From Elsinoe ampelina (Eukaryota), in the NCBI GenBank assembly GCA_010093995.1, contig ML992550.1:1-32318 (forward strand): DNA of 32,318 nt. Reading direction: 5' to 3'. Below, one piece after another: positions 22,918-32,318 of the stretch. The notes beneath the pieces are model-generated. The model was not told where the DNA came from, did not search any database, and saw nothing but the letters and a program-made list of their open reading frames with translations. The first letter of the stretch is position 1; each line of letters opens with the position of its first letter. The position numbers and the translations under genes are program-made.

Positions 22918-24308
22918 CTACTCCTCGGTAGCCAAAACCATCTTCTCCCTCTCCGACCTCCTCTTCACCTCCTTCTTCCGACTATGCCTCCTCTCATTCT
23001 CCTCCTTGCGCTTCATCGCCCGCAACTCCTCCCCTTTAATCTCCCCGGCCTTCTTCACCACCTTGGGCACATGCCTATGCCTCGCTATCCGCTTCACCTC
23101 AGGCATATGCGCGTACCTCTTCTTCAACGCCTCATCGTACTCCAAAGCCTGCCTCTGCCTCGCGCTCTTCACGCCTTGCCGCTTGCTCGCTTCCGCCCGC
23201 CACAGCCGCACGTTCCCGTCGTCCGACCCCGTCATGATGTAGTTGTTGTCGCCGGACCAGGCGCAGGAGAAGACGCGCTGCATGCGTTTCGTGTGGTAGA
23301 TGTCGCGGCTGTGGCCTTGGTTGCGGCGCCAGAGACGGACGGTGCGGTCGTACGAGGCCGAGACGAGTTCTTCGCCGGTGGGCGACCAGGAGACGTCCAT
23401 GACTGCGGCGACGTGGTCTTTGAGGACGTTGAGGGAGCGTTTCATGTTGCGGGTGTCGAAGAGGTAGATGTTGTGGTCTTCGTTGGCGACGGCGAGGTTG
23501 AAGGGTTCCATGGGGTTCCAGGCTATGGAGTTGGAGGCGAGGTTGAGGACTGTGCGGTGGAGGGCGGTGGAGGTGCGGAGGTCGTAGAGGATGAGGGAGC
23601 GGTCGGTGCCGGTCGAGGCGAGGAGGGAGGTTTCGGATTGGTTGAAGGCGACGGAGGTGATGGTGTCTACTGATGTGGGCCAGGAGATGGTTTGGGATGG
23701 GGTTGAGGATGGCCGCGTGAGGTCGTAGAGGGAGATGACTGATGATGCTGCGGCGACGGAGGGAATGGTGCGGTGGCGGGTGATTGAGTTGAAAGCGTTC
23801 GGTCCTAACCAGGTTGCTAAAGGCGCGGAACCAGAGGAGGTGTTGTATGGGTCGTACATCTTGATGGATCTGTCGCTACCACAGGATATGACCTTGTGAT
23901 CTTCGGTCCAGCACATTCCCTTGACCAGATTCTCGTGCGCTGAAGTCTGCCATACCTCGTCTCTACTTGTGAGATCCCATACTTTTATCACGCCATCTCC
24001 GCTGCCAGAGGCGAACCGCTCTAACGACTTTGGGTCTTTTGCGATTGTGTATACGCCGTCTACATGTCCTCTTCCAAGTTGAGCCAGGAACGGCGCAGCA
24101 AACATGCGCTCCAGTTTTGTAGCATTCAGAGCCCGAGTGTATTCCCTTGCACGCTCGAATGGGTGTAGAGCGGGGTCCAGATTTCGAGGTTGTCGAGAGA
24201 CATTCGTTCCTGGCGCCTGCTGCGACTCGGCAGAGCGCGAGAGGGCTTTGATCTTCTACAGGAGGTATCAGTAAATAGTACAGCCGCGCCGCACATAAGA
24301 CTTACCAT
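22918..24308 (-). CDS. SOF1: U3 snoRNP-associated WD40 protein Sof1 (DCAF13), 2 exons, 446 aa
   Basis: Coding part of exon 1 is the ATG only (24308-24306). Intron 24305-24256. Exon 2 reads KIKALSRS...RNLDPALHPFERAREYTRALNATKLERMFA, then WD repeats, SRDIYHTKRMQRVF and the Sof1 C-terminal domain. Confidence 0.96.
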
Positions 24309-24589
24309 GTTTGCTGCCAGAGAGAGAAATCGAGGCCGCGGAGGTGAAGTAAAATCCATTACTTCTTTGCATATATCGGTCACCGTTGATATCACTACGG
24401 TTGACTTTGTCTAAGCTCTCCCGCCCTGAAGCTTCTCGCGACTCAGTGACATTCAGCTGCTTCTCCGAAACATCACTTCACTCACATCGCCTGCATCCCA
24501 TCATTTCCACTGCCAGCACTTCCCTTCCGTATCCGATACACAGTTTTCTAAGCCTCACCTGCACGCACGAATTGACAAGAGGAGCCGCG
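24309..24589. promoter_or_regulatory. Compact divergent (probably bidirectional) promoter region between SOF1 and RPN6
   Basis: Head-to-head start codons are only 281 bp apart. Confidence 0.55.
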
Positions 24590-25910
24590 ATGGCTCAGGA
24601 TGAGAACGTAAAGAAGTTGGAGGAAGCACAGAAGCTCAAGAAAGAGTCGCCCAAGCAAGCCGAGAAGATCTACAAGGATGTATTGAAGCAGGGTCCTGGT
24701 CAATCGGAAGCGACAAACAAAAACTACGAAACTGCTCTGATAGGTTTGGGAGAAGTCTATCGCGACCAAAAGGATGCAGACCAGCTGGCGCAACTGGTAC
24801 AGGATGTCCGATCAGTCCTGTCATCGTTAGCAAAGGCAAAGACAGCAAAGCTTGGTCAGTACGCTGACGGTGCAGGTGTTAAAGTCGCTAACGGATGCTC
24901 CAGTTCGCCAGTTGCTTGACCTCTTCACCCCGATCCCCAACTCCGTCGAGATCCAGATCACAACCACAAAGTCGTGTATAGAATGGGCCATCAGCGAACG
25001 ACGTGGCTTCCTTCGTCAGAACCTCGAGACTCGTCTTGTCCAACTGTACATGCAGAAGCAATCATACTACGACGCCCTCACCCTGATCAACTCTCTTTTG
25101 AAAGAACTCCGCCGTCTCGATGACAAGCTCGTTCTTGTAGAAGTCCAGCTTCTGGAGTCTCGCGTCTACCACGCTCTTGGGAACGTGCCGAAGGGGAGAG
25201 CCGCTCTCACATCAGCAAGAACCAGTGCAGCCAGTGTATACTGCCCACCAGCACTTCAGGCCAACCTCGATATGCAGTCGGGCATGTTGCACGCGGAAGA
25301 TTCGGACTTTACGACGGCTTACTCATACTTTATCGAAGCTATGGATGGATACCACAGTCTGGACGAGTCAGCACAAGCGACGTCTGCACTTCAATACATG
25401 CTTCTCTGCAAAATTATGCTGAATCAGGGCGACGATGTGCAGAACCTGATGCAGAGCAAGCAGGCTGTCAAGTATGCAGGAAAGAACTTGGACGCGATGA
25501 AGGCAGTTGCAAGAGCACATACGGATCGAAGCTTGGAGGCATACGAACAGGCATTGGCACAATTCAGGAACGAGCTGGGCAGTGATCGTTTCATTGCCAA
25601 CCACTTGAGGAGGCTATACGATGCTATGCTGGAGCAGAACCTTATCAAGGTGATCGAGCCGTTCTCAAGAGTAGAGATTGACCATGTCGCGAAGATGGTC
25701 GGGCTTGATGTTGTGCAGGTTGAGCGGAAGTTGGGCCAGATGATCTTGGACAAGGTGATCATTGGTGTGTTAGACCAGGGAGCGGGATGCTTGATCGTAT
25801 TTGATGAGCTTGAGCGAGATCAAGGATACGATGCCGCGCTTGACACGATCGACAAGCTGAGCAATGTGGTGGATGTGCTCTACACCAACCAAGCCAGCCT
25901 CTTAGAGTAG
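24590..25910 (+). CDS. RPN6: 26S proteasome lid subunit Rpn6 (PCI domain), 2 exons, 423 aa
   Basis: Exons 24590-24854 and 24904-25910. KAKTAKLVRQLLD, LDDKLVLVEVQLLES, ALTSARTSA, LYDAMLEQNLIKVIEPFSRVEI, QMILDKVIIGVLDQG. Confidence 0.97.
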
Positions 25911-26135
25911 ACACTAGGTCCTCCAGATCATCACGTTAGCTGGCGCCTCTTCAATGCACCGTGCATGACCTGTCCTCATTCTTGCTGTGCTGTGTCCGTA
26001 TGTTGATGTCCTCCAATCAGATGGAGCCCGGTCCAGGTCTGTCAGGCCCTAGTGTCTTTCGCCACGAGACTTTCCTCGTCCAATGTACCGAGCCAGTGTA
26101 CTTCAGTTCGATTGCCGGAACATTGAACCCGCTTC

Positions 26136-26882
26136 TCATATCACCTCCAAATCCCCCCTCCTCACCCCCTCCCTCACCACCCTCCACCTCAACACCCACA
26201 CATCCCCCCTCTTCAACTCCACCTCCCCCACCCCCTGCTCCCCTTGCACCTCCACCGTCCCCGCATCCCTCAATACCCTCACAAACACCGCAGTGTCCAA
26301 ATCCGGCTGATCAACCATACTCACGCCCCCTCCCGTATCATCCATCTTCTGCAGCTGCCCAGGAAACGCCGCAAGGAAACTACTCTTATAATGCCCCTCC
26401 AGCAACGCCGTATGATGTTCCAAATACCTCATCTCCATCTCGCTCAACAGCGGACTCTTCTCCCTCCCATGCCCTTCTCGCCCATCCATATCCCCGTCCA
26501 TACCCCCCTCCCCCTCCGGTCCCCTCCCCCGCCCTCCTCCCGCCTGTCCCCTCGCCAACCCCAAATACCAAAGCGGAAACGCATCCATCTTCCCCAACCT
26601 GGTCCTGAGCAGCGAGCGCAGCAGGAACTTGACCCGCTCCAACTCGGTCTGTATCACGACGAGCGCGAAATTGGAGCCCGGGTCCATGGCGGAGGTGAGG
26701 TCTTCGATGCGCGTGATCTGGGATGCGAGGCGGGTGGTGATGCGCTGGATCAGGGCGGAGGGGTAGGGGAGGAGTTCGGGGGATAGCCGCTCGGTGGTCC
26801 AGGCGCGGGTGAGGAGGTGTAGGTCTTGCTGGGAGGGGGGAAGGGTGGGGGAGAGGGTGGAGAGGATGTCGTCTATGTCCAT
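26136..26882 (-). CDS. SLD5: GINS complex subunit Sld5, intronless, 248 aa
   Basis: MDIDDIL...LLTRAWTTERLSPELLPYP, IQTELERVKFLLRSLLRTRLGKMD, MVDQPDLDTAVFVRVL, GDVWVLRW. Confidence 0.93.
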   Translation of the reverse strand: MDIDDILSTLSPTLPPSQQDLHLLTRAWTTERLSPELLPYPSALIQRITTRLASQITRIEDLTSAMDPGSNFALVVIQTELERVKFLLRSLLRTRLGKMDAFPLWYLGLARGQAGGGRGRGPEGEGGMDGDMDGREGHGREKSPLLSEMEMRYLEHHTALLEGHYKSSFLAAFPGQLQKMDDTGGGVSMVDQPDLDTAVFVRVLRDAGTVEVQGEQGVGEVELKRGDVWVLRWRVVREGVRRGDLEVI

Positions 26883-27209
26883 TTTGGGGGGGTGGGGTGA
26901 GGGATGGGAAGTTTGGGTGGAAGGTGGGAGGTGGGATGGAGGGAGAGGGGAGAGGTGGTGGTGCGGGGTGGGGAGGGGTGGGGCGCGTGGCGTGTCGCGG
27001 GCGGTCGGAATTGCAGATGTCTTCGAGGGGAGACTTGGAATTTGCACGACTGGTGCTCGACTACCAAGTTAGGTCTGTAGGTAGGTTTCACGTTGTGCGG
27101 TTGTCTATTTCTTGTGATGTTTAGGCAGGCTTGTCGTGGTGTGGCTGTGGCATCAATATATACAATTTGGAAGCTATATACAATTTTCGGATTCCGAGGC
27201 TAGAATCAC

Positions 27210-28560
27210 CTATGCAACCAACGAATTTGCCCATACTTCGATGTTCGAGTATCCACTCGCGTCCTTCTTCAACGAGTCGTTGACGTTAGGGTCAGAACCA
27301 ATTTGCCTTTCGACATCATCTGGGATACCATCGCCATCAGTGTCAACAGGCTTCGCACCACCCTTTAGTGCTGCAGGGTCGTAGCTCATAGGAGCAGCCT
27401 TCTCATCCGAGATGAGCTTGCCAGACTTGCCAAATGACTTGACTTCGTTGATAAGGAAAGTGTCGACAGCGTCTCTGACTTTGGAAGCTCCCACTTTTGC
27501 GAGCACGGCGTCTACCACTTGGCTTGCTGGTAGGACCTCTGCAGGACTAGGATAATTGAATTTTGCCGTGGCGAGCACCATGCCGCCATAGTTGGATGAG
27601 GATGCACCGAGTGCTTTGCCGTTGAGGCTGCCATCCTTGTCAGAGTCGTAGAAGTTGTCGAGCACGAAGCCGGAAAAATTCTCATTGCCGCGGGTGAAGG
27701 CCGTCACGGATGTACTGGGTCCGCTGATGAAGTAGTTGCCGATGATATTGGCTGAGGATTTCCCGGAAGAGTCGCCTGCGATGTAGCCGCCACCACCGCC
27801 CCCTTTGTATGTCAGTATTGCACATACAGTGAGCAATAACGTCGCTTACAGTTGTAAATGACGTTGTTGGTAAAGTCGTTAACACCCTTGACTTTGGGAT
27901 TGCGGGTCTTGTTGTCAATGTACAGATTGCGGAACAGTGACACACCGCCGTCGGTCTGGATCAGGCCGCCGCAGGAGTGAGTCTCGAGACCTTGGCCGAT
28001 AATACTGTCCTGGATGGTGATGTTCGAGGCGGTACCGCTGATTGAAAAGGTCTCGTCTCGACCCCAGGTGAAGGACACATGGTCAAAGATCTGCCATGGT
28101 AAGTAAGTGTGACTATATTTCCGTAAACTTGTCCTACCATGTTCTCACCCTCGGCGAGTGTGGAAGCGTCCTTGCCGGAAGTTCCTCCCTTGCCCATTCT
28201 GATCCTCATATATCTCACAATCGACTCGTCGGCGTTCGAGAAAGACCATCCGTCGCCGTAAGTAGCGATGCCATCACCAGGAGCTGTCTGGCCGAGAATG
28301 GTGGTCGATTTTGGGCAGACTAGGCGCGATGCCAGATTGATAGTCCCTCCGACTGCAAATACTATCACTCTGTTCGGTTTGGACAGGCCATCTCTCAGAG
28401 ACCCAGCTCCAGCATCGTCCAAGTTGGATACGACAAAGACCTCCCCATTGCGACCGCCCACGGCATTTGCACCAAACCCCTCAGCACCGGGAAAAGCAGG
28501 AATAGCAGAAGTGAAAGGAAGACTGGCAGCCAGGCCAGCTAGCACACCGAAAGACTTCAT
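27210..28560 (-). CDS. plyC: Secreted pectate lyase (PL1, plyC-like), 3 exons, 418 aa
   Basis: Signal peptide MKSFGVLAGLAASLPFTSA followed by AFPGAEGFGANAVGGR, GSLRD, TILGQTAPGDG, DHVSFTWGRDE, RNPKVKG and DTDGDGIPD. Exons 28560-28138, 28090-27850, 27802-27210. Confidence 0.9.
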
Positions 28561-28723
28561 GGTATGAATCGAAATGGCGAAAGAAACGCGAGAACAATGC
28601 ACAAACAAGCAGAAACGCGACAAATGAAGCACTGTACCTCTTGGTTGTCGAAGACGCATTCGTGGATCATCTTCTGAAACGCGCTTCTCCAGATTGACCT
28701 CCGTGTCATAAAAGGCACGACTC

Positions 28724-28826
28724 GCGGGGTAGAAGAGAACGGCGGTCATCAACGACGGTCGAGACTAAGACTGGAAGGAGTGTATAGACTGTTTTGAGCA
28801 ATGTAGATGTGGTCACGCTGGCGGGG
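28724..28826. promoter_or_regulatory. Possible CreA/Cre1 catabolite-repression sites upstream of the pectate lyase
   Basis: SYGGRG matches (GCGGGG) at 28724-28729 and 28821-28826. The motif is short and degenerate. Confidence 0.25.
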
Positions 28827-29399
28827 AGGGTGAGTGAAGAAGCGTGACTCTGAGAATGCGGCCCCCTCCGGAGCAATCGATTTCGTCCGCCGCGTGAGGA
28901 ATCGGGAAGGCAGACCGACGAAGACATCGGCCGTCTACAGGACTGCACAAAGCTCGTGAGACACTGCTCACTAATCTCGTACTGTAAGCAGAGGTGCGAA
29001 GCGTGCCTCTGTTGTCTCAGTCAATGGCAGAAACGTGGGTGCGGTCGAGCCCTTGTATAAGAGTCATGGAATCCAGTTACCCTTCTGTGTCAGGCGAGTA
29101 CTGTAAGCCCTCACCTGTCAAGCAGAAACCTCTGTCGGGTTCACGGTTTCACCGAGACCCTCGCCGAGTTGTGACGAACAAACTCCACAGTCTAAATCCT
29201 ATCGCGTCGATCCAACAACTGCGAACACGACCGGGAAGGACGGCCATTCGTCAAACCTTCAGGAACAACATGTGGTCGTACTGTAGATCAGGAAGACATT
29301 CCGACATGACGATCTATTAGGAACCAGAGATGAATAGTTTGTGTTGGACGACTTCACCTCTTGTAGGAAACAAAACGGCATGCAGCTGTTATCAACTTT

Positions 29400-29445
29400 A
29401 GCCCGTCTCAACACGCGTATAGGAGCCCGTCTCGACACGCGTATA
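29400..29445. repeat. Tandem direct repeat, 2 copies, 24-bp period
   Basis: agcccgtctcaacacgcgtata (29400-29421) and agcccgtctcgacacgcgtata (29424-29445), one mismatch. Confidence 0.85.
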
Positions 29446-30058
29446 CTGTAAAAGTTAGGATAAAACGAGGAGGTCTCCAGACATGGGATTCGCCGAGAAT
29501 GGCGTGCCCGGCCGCACATGGCATGCGATCATGGCTTTCCACGGCACTCTCGCTTATGACAAGGTTTTAGCCACAACCTCGCACGCATGCAATTTCCTGC
29601 CCGCTCGAGTCTCAACCATCGACTACCGATGACCCTACACTATTTGCTTGGGTCGAGTCTATCGGGAGAACGCCTTTCTACGGGCAAGGAACCGTTGCCG
29701 ACCACTCTTTTATTGCTGTTTTGTCCCGAAGGACTTCCCTTATGGAGGGGAACACCCGTTCGATCTGGACGTCGATTCCTTATCTCTGGCCTTTCACGGG
29801 GTACACCTCTCCTACTGTACAGGCTGACAAGTAATCACCCACCTGGCTGATTCCAGAGCCACGCCATGGCCAATTTGACGACTCGCCCAGGCGAAAAGTC
29901 AGTGCTTATTGCCCACCTACTCCACCCTAGTCCTCAAACTACAGGTGGCGCTGACACTCTAGCACCCACGCGCGTTCGCTCAGTTCGCTGCTGTTCAGGA
30001 CCTGCGTGCATCGAACCTGTCCGGGTATCTGAGACATGACTGTCACAACCTTTCAACA

Positions 30059-30093
30059 GTCGTCGTCGTCGTCGCTGTGGTGTTTTTTTTTTT
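30059..30093. repeat. (GTC)5 microsatellite followed by a T11 tract
   Basis: gtcgtcgtcgtcgtc at 30059-30073; T-run at 30083-30093. Confidence 0.8.
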
Positions 30094-30609
30094 AATTCCC
30101 CGTCCCGCATGGCATGGCATCGACACTGCTCAACGTTCGGTTACGTGGTGGCTTGATCCGTCAATCTACACTCTGTGAGATTACCTCCAGGCTTATCTTG
30201 ATTCTCGACAACCACCCTTTAGCGTGTCTACGGTAATCTAGCTGGTGTTCGAGCTGCTTTCCGTCCCTCCCACGGATCGCCACGGAACGTCTGTGCAGAC
30301 GAAATGCCGGTAGGCCACCCTTTGCGAATCGTGCCTCGTCTCTTGTCAGAGCCACCAAGCCATCGATTTCCCCGTTGTCCATGCGGCCATCATGCAGCTT
30401 GGAAACCGTCCCAAGCCGATGGGCATGGCTCAAGCTCACGGATGTTCCTATGGAACTTTAATGCCCTTTGCAGTCTTCGCCAGTATGGTGGGTCTCGCTT
30501 TGTACATATACCCATCTAGCTTTGCACTTACACTCCGTGTAGGATCAGCGGTGGTTTTCTTTTCTCCTTCTACCTCCCCTTGTCCAAGGACAACACATTC
30601 ATTACCATC

Positions 30610-31848
30610 ATGGCGGCACAGGAGACCACAACGTTTGACAATACCTTTGCGCGGGATCTTGCGACAGAGTCTTGGGCTTTGTATGGAGTCGGAGCATTCA
30701 TTTTCGTTCTCAGAGTGTGAGTTGGTGGCACATCAAGCTCATGGCGGCACGCCTGATTTCAGGACAGTTACACAAAGCTGCGATACTCCGGCATAAGGAA
30801 AATCGACGCCGATGACATTGTCGCCATCATTGCACTCGGATTATACACCGGGTTGATAGTATGCATGAACGTTATCGCCTCGGGTGGAGGTAGCAACTTG
30901 TACGAACCCGGAGCCGATGCAGACTTTACACCAGAAGATATCAAAGAGCGCATATTTGGCTCAAAGATTGTCGTAGTCTCTGAACAGGTAAGAGACTTGT
31001 CTGCGACACAAAAGCTCTTCCTAATCGCAACAGTGCATGTTGTGCACCATCTACTCGCTCAAAGCATGCGTCCTTCTCTTCTATCGCCGCCTGACCAAAG
31101 GCTTGACGAAGCAGAAGATGGTCAAATACGTCGCCATCGCCGTCTCCATCGGCTGGATCTCCACTGAAATCGCCTTCTTCACCGCCTGCCGACCCTTCTA
31201 CGGCTACTGGGCCGTACCACCACCAAACCCCCAATGCACCACCCTCGAAAACTACGCCATCATACAAGCCTGCTTCAACATCCCCACCGACCTCGCCATG
31301 CTCTCCATCTCCATCCCACTCGTCTACCGCCTCCAAGTCCCCTTGAAGCAAAAGCTCCTCGTCGGCGCCCTCTTCAGCATGGGAATCTTCGTCGTACGTC
31401 CCCCTCTCCCCACTCCCTGTCTACCCCACTAACCCCTCCCGCACAGGTCGTCGCCGCCCTCCTCACCAAAATCTACAACCTCTCCGACGTCTACTCCACC
31501 TCGTACATGCTCTGGTACATCCGCGAAGCTTCCGTGGCGACCTACGTCGCCAACCTCCCCGCCATCTGGCCCTTGGTGCGGCACGTCTTCCCCTGCCTCC
31601 GCTCCGTCAGCAGCATCAAGTACTCTGGCCAAGTCAAGTACGGGGACGTGTACGGGGGCCATTCCGGGATGATGCGGGGTACCGGCAAGCAGAAGACGGG
31701 CAACGCGACGGTCATCGACGCCATGGAGCTGGACGAGCAGGCCTTGACGAGGTATAACCGGGGGGACAGCGGGAGCGACAAGGGTCAGGATTTGGGGGTT
31801 TTGGTGCATACCACGGTGGAGGTCACGAAGGAGAGGGAACAGGTTTAG
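30610..31848 (+). CDS. PTH11-like (fungal rhodopsin-domain, non-CFEM) integral membrane protein, 4 exons, 362 aa
   Basis: Exons 30610-30716, 30768-30987, 31034-31393, 31447-31848. ESWALYGVG..LRVYTK, DADD, GSKIVVVSEQ, LKACVLLFYRRLT, CRPFYGYW, NIPTDLAML.IP, LFSMGIFV, WYIREASVA.YVANLP. Confidence 0.87.
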
Positions 31849-32318
31849 ATGTTTCCTTGCGGCTAGAACGGCGTTTTTGGGGGCACACCGGAGAGGGTGA
31901 TGGGAGCACAGGTTGGGCATTCTCTGACGAGCAGTCACTATTCACGACTGGGGCGCGGGCATACATACGATGGATATCGTTCACTTGATCGATCACCTGG
32001 GCGGCAGAATCTGGCATGTCGCGATTGCGACGATTGGCGCGATACCCTTTGTTACACTGTACTATAGCAGCGAAATTATTGTTTATTCCTACCCAAGCCG
32101 GTCATATCTAGAGACTACGCCGAGTCGTCCGAGACTAATTCTATTCCCGTGGATACTGTCTTGGCTAAAGTGTATAACAGAATAGAGCAAATCGTCTGCT
32201 TACACTCCAACGTGCACGTTGCGATGTCCTCGAAACGAACCGTTTGCGCGCTGGGCACTTTTAAGGAACGGATTTGGTCACGAACGGGTCTTATCTTGAA
32301 CACAAGAAGCCATGGGGG

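Noticed and set aside
21676..23673. Long antisense or alternate-frame ORFs (e.g. 21676-22422, 22894-23673; also 6890-7786, 12676-13485, 14627-15328, 25961-26608)
   Set aside because: Shadows of real genes, caused by codon bias and the C/G skew suppressing stop codons; low-complexity translations.
28098..28108. GGTAAGTAAGT donor-like motif on the + strand
   Set aside because: It is the reverse complement of the CTTAC branch region of the minus-strand pectate lyase intron.
29990..30030. B-box-like GGTTCGATGC on the minus strand suggesting a tRNA
   Set aside because: The flanks do not form a T-stem or an acceptor stem; no cloverleaf.
1..32318. CRISPR arrays, rRNA, intact transposase or reverse transcriptase genes
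   Set aside because: Eukaryotic intron-containing DNA with no repeat-spacer arrays or such motifs seen.

Overview
Gene-dense genomic DNA of a filamentous ascomycete (probably a Dothideomycete; this is inferred from the ~45-55 nt GT-AG introns with CTRAC branch sites and the RIP-like AT-rich edge). It starts with ~300 bp of TpA-rich RIP-like sequence. Sixteen protein genes follow: a CE4 polysaccharide deacetylase, a hypothetical protein, a cytochrome P450, SYP1, RFT1, a GNAT acetyltransferase, an RBM42-like RRM protein, GND1, an LSM12-like protein, a possibly frameshifted DUF3176 membrane protein, a FAD monooxygenase, SOF1, RPN6, SLD5, a plyC-like pectate lyase and a PTH11-like membrane protein. 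Exon structures were worked out by hand and checked for frame. Two observations stand out. (1) A cryptic in-frame PTS2 signal (RLSTITNHL) lies upstream of the GND1 AUG, most simply reached from a CUG that a 5' intron would place in a strong initiation context. (2) At least eight sharp, strand-symmetric switches from C-rich to G-rich sequence run through codons, introns and UTRs and appear to distort protein composition. All product calls come from motif recognition, not database searches.
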